Part shown: piece after piece, positions 49,008-58,359 of the stretch
Numbering within the stretch: the first letter of the stretch is position 1
Layout: every line of letters starts with the position of its first letter
NCBI GenBank assembly: GCA_029258795.1
Contig: JAPDKB010000008.1
Span: forward strand, 75,920-139,919
DNA: 64,000 nucleotides
Direction: 5' to 3'
DNA from: an archaeon
GTDB taxonomy: Archaea > EX4484-52 > WAPT01
Notes under the pieces: generated by a model
Told to the model about the DNA's origin: nothing
Seen by the model: the letters and a program-made list of their open reading frames with translations, nothing else
Databases searched by the model: none
Program-made: the position numbers and the translations under genes

Positions 49008-49456
49008 CTCAACGCATCAACGTATTTTTTTCCAACCTGCTTCTTGAGTTCTGGAGATGCAACATGCACGATAGCACTATCATCATCGCACCTTACAACT
49101 ATAGTCCCGGGTGTTAGAGTTATCCCGTTGTAAACGAGGAGGTTGACAAGCTCATGATGAGTTGGTCGTTTAATTTTGATGAAACTCTCTTTTTCCTCCC
49201 CTCTCAGGATTATCAGTGTCATGCGAGCATGAGCTTTGATTTCTTCCAAAACAAGCCGTACCGAGTACCTTATAAAAGCCACAACACCCTGAAGAACTTT
49301 CAGCTCCTCCTTTCTCGGGAACGTGAAACGTGCCGACATGAAAGTCACTGCTATGGAAGCTCCGACACCAACCACCAGCTCGTCAGGGCTTGTTGCGCCT
49401 GTGAACATTATCCAGCATCCTATAAGGATGAGGAACACCACAAAATATCTCTTCAT
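49001..49456 (-). CDS. MrpE/MnhE-like subunit (MbhA), first gene of the cluster
   Basis: 151 aa with N-terminal TM helices and a soluble C-terminal domain. Confidence 0.7.
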   Translation of the reverse strand: MKRYFVVFLILIGCWIMFTGATSPDELVVGVGASIAVTFMSARFTFPRKEELKVLQGVVAFIRYSVRLVLEEIKAHARMTLIILRGEEKESFIKIKRPTHHELVNLLVYNGITLTPGTIVVRCDDDSAIVHVASPELKKQVGKKYVDALRW

Positions 49457-49544
49457 GCTGATATTTTTGTTTCATCCATGATATATAGTTTTGGGTGGAC
49501 GGTTTCGAAATCTTTATATAGTGGCGTGAGAAAAAATTAACTTC

Positions 49545-49859
49545 ATGCCCGAGTTCATATTTAGATTACCTGATGGGAAGGAAGTCGGGAGAGCGAAAAA
49601 CTTGCGGGAATTTTTGAAAAAGCTCAAAGAAGTCCCCCTTGAGAGTTTGGAGTATCACTTCTACAACAAACACTTTGCACCGTGGTTGAAGGATAATGGA
49701 CATGGGAAGCTGGTTGCAAGGATGAATCTTGTGAAGGTTAAAAGCAGGGAGGAGCTGCGCGACAAGCTCGTTGCGTGCGTTAAAGCGTATATGGATTCAA
49801 CATCCAAATCAAGGAAAGGAAAGAGCGGGAGGGGCAGGAAAAATGCTAAAAGGCGTTAA
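49545..49859 (+). CDS. Hypothetical protein (104 aa) with a basic C-terminal tail
   Basis: ORF only. Confidence 0.4.
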   Translation: MPEFIFRLPDGKEVGRAKNLREFLKKLKEVPLESLEYHFYNKHFAPWLKDNGHGKLVARMNLVKVKSREELRDKLVACVKAYMDSTSKSRKGKSGRGRKNAKRR

Positions 49860-50478
49860 GGTTGGATTTGTTATCCTTGCTTTTGCTGTTCTTCTCACGC
49901 TCCATTTCTATACTTTTCTGCCCGGAAGGATAGCGATACACTGGAACGCTGAAGGAGTGCCGGATGGTTATGCATCAAAAGAAGCAGGACTTATGCTCAT
50001 TCCACTAATTCTTCTCATGGTCCTGCTTCTCTTCGAGGCGATACCCAGAATAGACCCGCTTTCAAAGAACATAAAGAAGTTCATGAATTTTTATGATGGG
50101 TTCGTGATAGCTTTTGCCATATTCATGGCTTTTGTGCAGGTGCTCCTCTTGCTTTACAATGCGGGGTATGCTTTCAACATGGGCTCACTGATTATTGGAG
50201 CGTTGGGCATTTTCCTCGTTTACATCGGAATCGTGCTACCTCACCTCAGAAGAAACTGGTTTATCGGGATAAGGACTCCGTGGACTCTTAGCAGCGAGGC
50301 AGTTTGGGAGAAAACTCACAAATTGGGCGGGAAGCTGTTCATCTGTGCGGGCATCATCTCCTTGCTTTTCAGTGTGTTTTTCAGCAAGGCCGTTGTTGTG
50401 CTTGTCATTCTTCTGATAGCCATCAGCGTTATTCTCATCACGTATTCTTACCTGCTCTGGAGGAAGGAAAGGAAGTGA
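49843..50478 (+). CDS. SdpI/YhfL-family (DUF1648) membrane protein
   Basis: IHWNAEGVPDGYASK signature. Start trimmed to MLKGVKVG; the full ORF starts at 49771. Confidence 0.6.
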   Translation: MLKGVKVGFVILAFAVLLTLHFYTFLPGRIAIHWNAEGVPDGYASKEAGLMLIPLILLMVLLLFEAIPRIDPLSKNIKKFMNFYDGFVIAFAIFMAFVQVLLLLYNAGYAFNMGSLIIGALGIFLVYIGIVLPHLRRNWFIGIRTPWTLSSEAVWEKTHKLGGKLFICAGIISLLFSVFFSKAVVVLVILLIAISVILITYSYLLWRKERK

Positions 50479-50956
50479 GCTCTTCCGAGCTGACCACCCT
50501 TCTGAAATTCTCTGGATGCCAGGAGTTGGGATAGTCAACCCATCTCGCATGATTCTGCTCCACAAGCAATCGATTCACGTTGAGAAAATGAGTCCTGTTC
50601 GCTTTCACGTAAAGAATGGCAATAACCCTTCCGTACCCGTCATAGGTGCTTTTTTCGTCCACATCCAGATACACGGTGGTGTGATTTGAGAGCAATCTTT
50701 CCAGAAATTCCTTGGCCTCCTTGCCTCCTTCCTCTTCCAGCTCAAACGCATCTATGTCAGCAAGCCGCACCTTAAAACTCTGGTTTTCCTTGAAGCCAGC
50801 AGTACTTTTAACCCAGAGAGTATCGCCGTCCACCACCCTTTCAACGACACAGATAGCGTTGATTTCGGGAGAGGGCGTGCTACCATTCTGAACGCAGAAG
50901 AGATTGAGCAATATCGCAATCAGCAAAAAGAATGGTATTTTGGTTCGCATCTCCAT
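50438..50956 (-). CDS. Secreted thermonuclease (SNase-like)
   Basis: Signal peptide, then VVERVVDGDT, RLADIDAFE and YGRVIA motifs. Confidence 0.8.
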   Translation of the reverse strand: MEMRTKIPFFLLIAILLNLFCVQNGSTPSPEINAICVVERVVDGDTLWVKSTAGFKENQSFKVRLADIDAFELEEEGGKEAKEFLERLLSNHTTVYLDVDEKSTYDGYGRVIAILYVKANRTHFLNVNRLLVEQNHARWVDYPNSWHPENFRRVVSSEELTSFPSSRAGKNT

Positions 50957-51010
50957 ATTCCATACTGAAAGATGATTATGAATTTAAATTTAGGGTGAAA
51001 TTATAGGTTT

Positions 51011-51334
51011 ATGAGAAGCAACGGGTATCTGAAAAAAGTTGAAGAGAGTATAAGAAACTCTGAGGCGTACAGAGAGCTGATCGATGAGGCGGGTGGATTG
51101 AGTAAGAGGTATGTTGAGAAACAGCTCGATAGATTTCTGAGAATTATCAGAATTGGGCTGGATGAGAACGTGATGGAAATCAGCAGGAGAGAGCTTGATG
51201 AGCTCATTGATGCCGGGAAGATGGGAGATGTGTTCAGAATGTACGTGGATAACGGCATTTATGGTGGTGATCTGACCTCACCACAAACAACCTACAGGAT
51301 CATTAAAAGATGCATGGAGAAGGCGAAGCTATAA
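51011..51334 (+). CDS. Hypothetical protein (107 aa)
   Basis: ORF only. Confidence 0.45.
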   Translation: MRSNGYLKKVEESIRNSEAYRELIDEAGGLSKRYVEKQLDRFLRIIRIGLDENVMEISRRELDELIDAGKMGDVFRMYVDNGIYGGDLTSPQTTYRIIKRCMEKAKL

Positions 51335-52039
51335 TTTTTCAGCGAGTTCTGTGATTACGTTCTTCAGCTTTCCCTGCACCCTTTTCATGAGCTCAAAGAC
51401 CTCCTCCAGCGTTATCCTGCTCTGCATACCCGCCGCGTAGTTGGTAACAACGCAAAGCGACGCGTATTCCAAATTCTGTTCTCTGGCGAGGACGGCCTCT
51501 GGTACGGAGGTCATGCCAACGACATGAGCTCCGAGCATTCCGTACATTCTTATCTCTGCTGGCGTCTCAAATCTTGGACCTGCGGTACACACGTAGATTT
51601 TGTTGGTATGAACGACGAACCTCGCTTTTTCGCACAGCTCCTTCAGGATTGAAATCAATCTTTCCGAATACGGGTTGGTCATGTCCACATGCACTACCTC
51701 ATCCTCAAAATACGTCCACACATGCTTCGTGAAGTCAAGAAAATCAGATGGCAACACAACGCTTCCAGGTTTGATTTCTTCTGTGAGGGAGCCCACCGAG
51801 TTTATTCCTACCACAATTTTAGCGTTGGAAAGCTTAGCCGCCATTATATTTGCATGATGATTCAGTTTGTGTGGTGGTGCTTCATGCTCCTTTCCATGGC
51901 GCGGAATGAAAAGGAATTCCTTGCTTTCCGTGGATTTAACACGATATGCAACAACCTTTCCGTAAGGTGTGCTTATCTCAACCTCCTCACTATCCTCAAA
52001 CAGCTTTTCCAGTCCGCTCCCTCCTATCACGCAGAGCAT
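51329..52039 (-). CDS. mtnP: 5'-methylthioadenosine/purine nucleoside phosphorylase
   Basis: CTAGPRFETPAEIRMYGMLGAHVVGMTSVPEAVLARE...VTNYA. Confidence 0.85.
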   Translation of the reverse strand: MLCVIGGSGLEKLFEDSEEVEISTPYGKVVAYRVKSTESKEFLFIPRHGKEHEAPPHKLNHHANIMAAKLSNAKIVVGINSVGSLTEEIKPGSVVLPSDFLDFTKHVWTYFEDEVVHVDMTNPYSERLISILKELCEKARFVVHTNKIYVCTAGPRFETPAEIRMYGMLGAHVVGMTSVPEAVLAREQNLEYASLCVVTNYAAGMQSRITLEEVFELMKRVQGKLKNVITELAEKL

Positions 52040-52073
52040 GAAGAAAAATTGTGGAAGAAAAGATTTTATTGTT

Positions 52074-52207
52074 GGCGCCGGGGGTGGGATTCTCGTTAGG
52101 GTGCCATCCTAACCACTCAAGTGCGGCACCTTCTTTCGAACCCACGCGCCCTTGCGGGCACCAGCTCTCCAGGCTGGCGCACTGGCCTGGCTATGCGACC
52201 CCGGCAG
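52074..52207 (-). tRNA. tRNA-Ser(GGA) with a ~45-nt T-loop intron
   Basis: Reverse complement reads GCCGGGG-T..-CCAGC-CTGGAGA-GCTGG-variable arm TGCCCGCAAGGGCG-GTGGG-TTCGAA[AGAAGGTGCC...GGCACCCTAACGAGAA]T-CCCAC-CCCCGGC-G-CCA. Confidence 0.7.
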
Positions 52208-52277
52208 CACGAGATGTAAATTTATGGTTTGGCTGTGGGGTTTAAATTTTTTCTGGTGAGTGAGAAGAAGAAAGAGC

Positions 52278-53492
52278 TCAGTAAACCCTGAACTTCCCCT
52301 CTATTATTGCTTTCGTTATTTCTGTTATTGCTGCGAGCTCCTCATCCACGATCTTCCTTATCTTATCTTCCTCGTAGCCAGAACCCCACACATCCACGCT
52401 CGCAACCTTCGGGTAATCTATCCTCCTCCCTATCTGGCTGAGAATTCTCACAACCACATCATCCACTCCGCTTACTTCTTCAACAATCCTGTTAGCTATT
52501 TTAAACGAGAGCACGTTGTAAATCTTTCCAACGTGGTTGTACGGGTTCTTACCTGCGGCAGCTTCCATCGACATGGGTCTGTATGGAGTTATGAGGCCCG
52601 ATACCCTGTTTCCTCTGCCAACGCTTCCATCGTCACCCATCTCGGCAGATGTTCCAGTTAAGGTGAGGTAGAAATCGCTTGGCTCTGTGCCGTTTTCGTT
52701 GTCAGCCGTGTTAAGATAGACATTAACCTCGTAATTATCTTTAGTGATGCTTGATGCAAATTCTTTCGCTTCCTCAAGCACGGCTTTTTTAGCATCAAGA
52801 TACTCCGAAGCGGAGTTTATGTGTTTGGAAATGAATGCAGCAGCAATTGTGAGGTGAATCCTGTCCTTCATGCGGAGCCCCATCACCTTTATATCCTCTC
52901 CCACATACTTGTGCTTGGATTTGAAGTCAGAGGAGTTTAGGAATCTCTCCATCTCAAGCACAAGCTTCTCAAGCTGGGTGTATGGAGCAAATCCAACTCC
53001 AAAAGATGTATCGTTAGCACATGGCACTTCCTCCTTCCTCTTGAACACGTTGACAAGATCAGCTGACCCGCTCCCCATGACTGAGTCTATAACAACCTCA
53101 TTATCAACATTAAGGTTTGGCAGGGATTTCTTGAGGAAGTCTCGCGTTGCTTCAATTGCTACCTCATGCACCGGAATGTAATCATCCTCCACGTTGGCTG
53201 TTGCCCTGCCAGAAAGTATTATCTTGATGGGCTTGAGAATCTCACCCCCGCCAAAATGAACATGCACCTCTCCACCCACAACCTCACACTGATCTGTGTT
53301 GTGGTGCATGAGAGTACCATACCTCTTGAGATATTCTTTACACAGAGCTACACTAACGCTTTCGGCAATTCCATCGGCCATCGTGTCTGGGTGTCCTATT
53401 CCCTTCCTTTCCACCATTTCCACATCTCTTTTCCATGAAGGTAAAGCGTCCATCCTTTCTATGACTATGTTCCTCTCCATAGGCCTCACCAA
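52278..53492 (-). CDS. metK: S-adenosylmethionine synthetase, archaeal type
   Basis: 404 aa. [14 protein letters not shown] and the overall archaeal MAT architecture. Confidence 0.95.
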   Translation of the reverse strand: MVRPMERNIVIERMDALPSWKRDVEMVERKGIGHPDTMADGIAESVSVALCKEYLKRYGTLMHHNTDQCEVVGGEVHVHFGGGEILKPIKIILSGRATANVEDDYIPVHEVAIEATRDFLKKSLPNLNVDNEVVIDSVMGSGSADLVNVFKRKEEVPCANDTSFGVGFAPYTQLEKLVLEMERFLNSSDFKSKHKYVGEDIKVMGLRMKDRIHLTIAAAFISKHINSASEYLDAKKAVLEEAKEFASSITKDNYEVNVYLNTADNENGTEPSDFYLTLTGTSAEMGDDGSVGRGNRVSGLITPYRPMSMEAAAGKNPYNHVGKIYNVLSFKIANRIVEEVSGVDDVVVRILSQIGRRIDYPKVASVDVWGSGYEEDKIRKIVDEELAAITEITKAIIEGKFRVY

Positions 53493-53524
53493 TCTGAGAT
53501 GTTACAATTAATCAGAGAAAAGCT

Positions 53525-53821
53525 TTATAAGGATTTACTTCTTTCTTCTTTTGTCCTGATAAGATCAGCGTATATGTCGCAGACCCACCCCTCACCATAG
53601 TTTCTTCCCTCACAATTTACCATCATATATGATTTAGGGTCTGCTTCACACTTAGGTATATCTTCGCCGGAATCAAGCTTATCCATGAAGAAACAAGGAC
53701 ACTCTCCCGGCTCAGCAACATAACCCGTGGCAAGTTTTTTTGCGATGTCAATTCTGGTTTCTTTAATTTTTTCCAGAATTTTTTCCAGTTCTTCTCCTTT
53801 AACAGAATAAGCAGGCATCAT
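53525..53821 (-). CDS. Small Cys-rich hypothetical protein
   Basis: CPCFF..C..C..C pattern. The N-terminal Ser-rich extension was trimmed because it overlaps archease; the full ORF extends to 54070. Confidence 0.4.
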   Translation of the reverse strand: MMPAYSVKGEELEKILEKIKETRIDIAKKLATGYVAEPGECPCFFMDKLDSGEDIPKCEADPKSYMMVNCEGRNYGEGWVCDIYADLIRTKEERSKSL

Positions 53822-53873
53822 TTGGTTTATATTTGAAAGATTTAAAAACATTTTCTCAGTATTAGAAAGATTT

Positions 53874-54308
53874 ATGCCGTACGAGTTTTTTGAACACAAG
53901 GCAGACATGGGGATAAGAGGACTTGGCAAAACAGTTGCTGAGGCGTTTGAGGAAGCTGCCAGAGCAATGTTTGATGTTATGTTTGATATAGATGATGTAA
54001 GCAGAGAGATTGAAGTTAGCGTTTCATGTGAGGCCTCGAGCTTGGATGAGCTGCTTGTTGAATGGCTCAATGCTTTGCTTGCTGAAAAGGATATTCATGA
54101 TGCTGTGTTTGCTCATTTTGAAATAAGCAAGATTGAACATGAGAAAGATGGTAGGTGGGTGCTTGAGGGCAAGGCTTATGGTGAGAAACTTAATGTTGAG
54201 AAGCACAAGCCGGAGGTGGAGGTTAAGGCAGCAACTTATTCCCAGCTCAAGGTTTACTTTGATGAGGATAAGAAAGTGTGGGTTGCGCAGTGTGTGGTGG
54301 ATGTCTGA
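53874..54308 (+). CDS. Archease (RtcB activator)
   Basis: MPYEFFEHKADMGIRGLG N-terminus and archease-family length. Confidence 0.85.
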   Translation: MPYEFFEHKADMGIRGLGKTVAEAFEEAARAMFDVMFDIDDVSREIEVSVSCEASSLDELLVEWLNALLAEKDIHDAVFAHFEISKIEHEKDGRWVLEGKAYGEKLNVEKHKPEVEVKAATYSQLKVYFDEDKKVWVAQCVVDV

Positions 54309-54419
54309 GGGGCAATAACAGTCTCACCCTGCCCTGTTCCATGGCGGTAGCTCATCGTGCTTATCCTCGTACCCCTTTCTTAACTTCTCCTCCAGCTGTT
54401 TGGCTCCCTCTTTGTCTTT

Positions 54420-54738
54420 CATAAGCTTAGCTAACCTCGACCGGCGTTACGTTATACTCTCCCTCAAGCAGATAACGGCTGACCCCTCCTGATTGTCTTC
54501 TCGCCATAGCTCTTATAATACTCCCCAAAAAATTGTTCTCCTAATTAGAGCTGTGTCCGATGTAAAGGATATCATATTTTCCTTTCAATCTTCCGAACTC
54601 CTTATTGAGACGGAAAACATACACTCCCACAGCTTGTTGAAGCTTTTTGCGTGAGTTATCAGATCGAATGACTTCAGAGAATGCAATCCAGTTCTTGAGC
54701 CCATACTTGTGCATGTCTTCTGACTTCATTTTGTTCAT
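54420..54738 (-). pseudogene. GIY-YIG nuclease-domain remnant (frameshifted)
   Basis: GVYVFRL...ILYIGHSSN then a stop. The -1 frame continues ENNFLGSIIRAMARRQSGG.. for about 38 codons. Confidence 0.45.
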
Positions 54739-54765
54739 CTTCTAGACATATTCTCTTGAATGGCA

Positions 54766-55956
54766 TCATTTTCTCGCCACTATCTCTATCACATCCCTGT
54801 GCTTGAGCTCGTAATCTCTGGAAAGCGCTTTGTTCGTCCTTATATCTATTGCTTTTATGAAATTGTCTCCAAGCTCCTTGTGAATGGCATATGCAAGATC
54901 GAGGGCTGTTGAACCCTTCTCCATCAAGAAGCAATCCGGCAGAACGTTGCCTTCCTTGTCAGTCAGTTTGGCGTTGGGCACCGGGAAGACCGCTATCATT
55001 TCAAGCAGTTCAAACACAGCTTTGTCCACGAGCTGCTGAATTCCTGTTGAGCCGTAAACATCGAGCACCTTCTCCCTTATGAACTCCAGCCCCTTTCTCT
55101 GCTGTTCATTCAGCTCCCTTTTGACAACGAAGTCTTTTTCTCCCGGAACGTAATCTATGTAACCATTTTTTGCTGCCATCTTCAATGCTATTTCAGCATG
55201 TGCTGAGCATGGAACAACGATTTTATCTGGAAACTTTTCCTTCAGCCTCTCAACCATCTCCGGCTTGGCTATATCCACCTTGTTAGCTGCAATTATCATC
55301 TTCTTGCTCTCATGAAGAATAGCTTTTGCAAAGCTTTTTATCTCGTCATCACTCCAGTTAAACAGCTTTTTGTCCTCAAGCCCGCAACTTGCTAAAGCTT
55401 TTTTTATCGCTCCCTCCTTCATCTTGAGGCCGGAGAGCATCTCGTAAAGCAATTCCTCCTTGCTGCGCTGCATTTCTGCTCTTGCCATCTTGCTCCAGCT
55501 CCTCTTCAGTATGCCATAAATCCACATCACCAGCTCCTCCTCCAGAAACTCAACGTCTCTTGCGGGATCGTAGCTGCCAGCAGGAACTTTCTCCCCCTTT
55601 TCGTTGGTTGAGCCGGAAGCATCCACAACATGGATAAGCACGTCAGCATTCCTCAAATCATCCAGAAACTGGTTACCCAAGCCTTTACCTTCATGCGCTC
55701 CCGGAACCAGGCCAGCAACGTCAATCAGCTGGATGGGCACGAACCTCCAGCCGTTGAGGCAGAAGCCCTGCTTCGGGTTGCATTTAACGTTGAACTCCTT
55801 GCATACACACTCAAGTTTAGCATAAGCTATGCCAACGTTGGGTTTTATGGTGGTGAATGGGTATTCGGCTATCTCCACCTCAACAAGCGTTAGAGCTTTG
55901 AAAACGCTGCTCTTACCCACACTTGGCTTGCCCACAAGTCCAATCTTTACTGGCAT
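54766..55956 (-). CDS. Obg-family P-loop GTPase (YchF/DRG-like) with a C-terminal TGS domain
   Basis: GLVGKPSVGKSS, FTTIKPNVG, DVAGLVPGAHEGKGLGNQFL and a C-terminal TGS. Start trimmed to Met14; the full ORF extends to 55995. Confidence 0.8.
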   Translation of the reverse strand: MPVKIGLVGKPSVGKSSVFKALTLVEVEIAEYPFTTIKPNVGIAYAKLECVCKEFNVKCNPKQGFCLNGWRFVPIQLIDVAGLVPGAHEGKGLGNQFLDDLRNADVLIHVVDASGSTNEKGEKVPAGSYDPARDVEFLEEELVMWIYGILKRSWSKMARAEMQRSKEELLYEMLSGLKMKEGAIKKALASCGLEDKKLFNWSDDEIKSFAKAILHESKKMIIAANKVDIAKPEMVERLKEKFPDKIVVPCSAHAEIALKMAAKNGYIDYVPGEKDFVVKRELNEQQRKGLEFIREKVLDVYGSTGIQQLVDKAVFELLEMIAVFPVPNAKLTDKEGNVLPDCFLMEKGSTALDLAYAIHKELGDNFIKAIDIRTNKALSRDYELKHRDVIEIVARK

Positions 55957-56018
55957 GAGTTGAAAATGTAACAGGAAAATTTTAATTATGAGCACGGTCC
56001 CAACGAGTGAAATATGTG

Positions 56019-56792
56019 CTAGACCTCTATCCTACCGTTTATCAAGAGGTAAAATAGTTCTTTCTGAAGTTTTGGGTCACGTCTCAATTTATCATCATCT
56101 ATCTTTTCTACAGCTCCGCTTTCTTTCCACACTATAATGAGATCCTCTCCGCTATAGTTGGAAACTCTGCATCCTACTCCCGGAGTAACCTCAATATCGC
56201 GTATTATACGTACTGGTTGTTCTGGCAAAAATTGGTATATTTTACTTACATCGTCCATTATTTTCAAAGACTTTTCGATAGATTCAGGATATACTGCAAA
56301 AGCTTTGCCTTGTTGTTCGCTTCTGTTCAGATCATTCCACTCAGAGTGCGATTTTACAACTTTGTAGACCTGTTCACAACTGTTGAGGTAACCTGTAATA
56401 CAACACGCAGTTATGGCTGCAAGTTCTGGATCTTCTGGCAAACTTATGTGAACTTTGAGACCTTGCTTGCCTAGCTCGTATTCCTTATCCATCGTACCAT
56501 TAACCTGGATCCATGGAGTTCCGGGTCTAGAAGTAGTTTCGAAATTCTCAGACAGATACCGGCTTAGGTCCTCTAATCCCAAAGAAGAATATTCGCGGAG
56601 CAAGTCGTATAAGGCATTTCTTAAATCTCCAGCACGTGTCATATATTTTGGGTTTCGTTTCGATATTGCATATATTGTTCTGCCGATTAGTTCAGGTTTA
56701 GTGTAAGTTCGCCCTTCCGAATTCGTAATTTTTTCAGGTAAACGCTCAACGAACTCGACAATTTTTCCGGCCAAATAACTATTTGTACTCAT
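56019..56792 (-). CDS. Hypothetical protein (257 aa)
   Basis: ORF only. Lower-GC segment. Confidence 0.5.
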   Translation of the reverse strand: MSTNSYLAGKIVEFVERLPEKITNSEGRTYTKPELIGRTIYAISKRNPKYMTRAGDLRNALYDLLREYSSLGLEDLSRYLSENFETTSRPGTPWIQVNGTMDKEYELGKQGLKVHISLPEDPELAAITACCITGYLNSCEQVYKVVKSHSEWNDLNRSEQQGKAFAVYPESIEKSLKIMDDVSKIYQFLPEQPVRIIRDIEVTPGVGCRVSNYSGEDLIIVWKESGAVEKIDDDKLRRDPKLQKELFYLLINGRIEV

Positions 56793-57249
56793 ACACCCAC
56801 CTCATCTTGTTACTACTATGTAATAGTAACAATGAAAATATTTAAACTTTTCGTTCAGGTATGAGGAGAAGTAAAAATAACTAATCTTTCTATCAAGCTT
56901 TTCTTTACTCATTTCAAGAACATCTCTATGATTAGACACCCACCATCAATCTTTGGGGAGAAGTGACTTAGATTTTCTTTTTGCTTTTATCTCAATCTTA
57001 CCTTTTTAACAGCCTCTATTTCAGGTATAGCTTTCAGAAGAACAAGCTTGTGGTACATGCTTCTGGCAAGTTCATCAGCTAAATCGCCAGCGATCATCTC
57101 CAGCATTTTTCTATCCATACCAAGCTGTTTGGTTGCCATGTATGAAGTTTGAGACCAGACCAATGCATTTATATTGTAATATTATGTGAGATTTCGCCAT
57201 ATTTATCATCACTAAATCAATAAATACAACATCCGCACAAAATTTAAGC

Positions 57250-57801
57250 ATGAGGAAAAACTCTGCGCAGGACTACAGAAAACACGCGCGAATCCATGTT
57301 TATACGGGGGATGGGGAAGGTAAGACAACGACAGCTCTTGGACTGGCTTTGCGTGCTGTGGGTCACAAGCACAGGGTTGTGGTGGTTCAGTTTTTGAAGG
57401 GAAGAAAGTACGTTGGAGAGTACAAAATAAGGAACATGCTCAAGCCCTACTACGAAATTCACCAGTTCGGAAGGGCTGAGTTTGTTGATATTGATAACCC
57501 TAGCAAGGAGGATAAGAGAAGGGCGAGAAGAGCTTTCGAGTTTGCGAGGAAGGTTGTGGAGGAGAAAAAGCCGGATTTGCTCGTGCTTGATGAAATAAAT
57601 CTTGCGATGCACGCCAAGCTGATTGATGTGGATGAGGTTGTGGAGTGGCTCAACACCTTACCCAAAGATATAACCGTCGTGCTCACAGGCAGGAATGCTC
57701 CGCGCAAAATAGTGAGGATGGCTGATCTTGTAACTGTGATGAAGAAAGTGAAGCATCCGTATGACGAGGGTATGCCCGCTGAGGAGGGTGTGGAGTACTG
57801 A
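57250..57801 (+). CDS. cobA: Cob(I)yrinic acid a,c-diamide adenosyltransferase (CobA/CobO type)
   Basis: IHVYTGDGEGKTTTALGLALRAVGH..VVVVQFLKG. Confidence 0.85.
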   Translation: MRKNSAQDYRKHARIHVYTGDGEGKTTTALGLALRAVGHKHRVVVVQFLKGRKYVGEYKIRNMLKPYYEIHQFGRAEFVDIDNPSKEDKRRARRAFEFARKVVEEKKPDLLVLDEINLAMHAKLIDVDEVVEWLNTLPKDITVVLTGRNAPRKIVRMADLVTVMKKVKHPYDEGMPAEEGVEY

Positions 57802-58055
57802 AAAAATGATTATTTTTTAATAAAGTTCCCCAAAAACCGCGATGAATAACATCAAAAACACCATTAATCCTGCCTTTAAATTGAGAAGTTCTGCTTTTAT
57901 CCTGAGTCGGAACCAGAAAATATATACCTGCTATTATAAACATTGTGGCAAAGAATGCTGTCAACACACTTTCAAGAGTTGCGTTCCGCAGTGCTATCAA
58001 GCGGGACATACTTGTATTACCTTTTTTGGAGGTTAATAAAGCTTTTGGAAAGTTC

Positions 58056-58316
58056 TTAGTCAGAACTTAACGAATTAATCAGCATGAAGAAAAACAAACC
58101 AAGGAAACTTATTGCAAATAAAATTAAACCTGTGTTTGAATTTAAGGATCCTGTTCCAACCAAGTCAGGATACATAATCTCAAGTCCCAATATCAGGAGC
58201 ACTGTCACCAGCGCTGCTATAAAAAACGCCATTATAGCGCTTAATAATATTGACTTAAAGACCTTTTTCAAACGGGACACAATACCCCTCCTAAATGTAA
58301 GGGAGGAGTTTATCAA
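58056..58316 (-). CDS. Small membrane protein (hypothetical)
   Basis: Two TM helices. Confidence 0.35.
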   Translation of the reverse strand: MINSSLTFRRGIVSRLKKVFKSILLSAIMAFFIAALVTVLLILGLEIMYPDLVGTGSLNSNTGLILFAISFLGLFFFMLINSLSSD

Positions 58317-58359
58317 TTTAAAGCTTCAGACCATACATTAATAAACACAACACGCCAAG

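Noticed and set aside
53822-54070. Ser-rich N-terminal extension of ORF 53525-54070
   Set aside because: It overlaps the well-supported archease gene on the opposite strand and is low-complexity. The CDS was trimmed to an internal Met.
57683-58036. ORFs 57683-58009 (-) and 57842-58036 (+) at the cobA 3' end
   Set aside because: The minus ORF overlaps the cobA coding region antisense and the plus ORF is Cys-rich low-complexity. Neither is supported.
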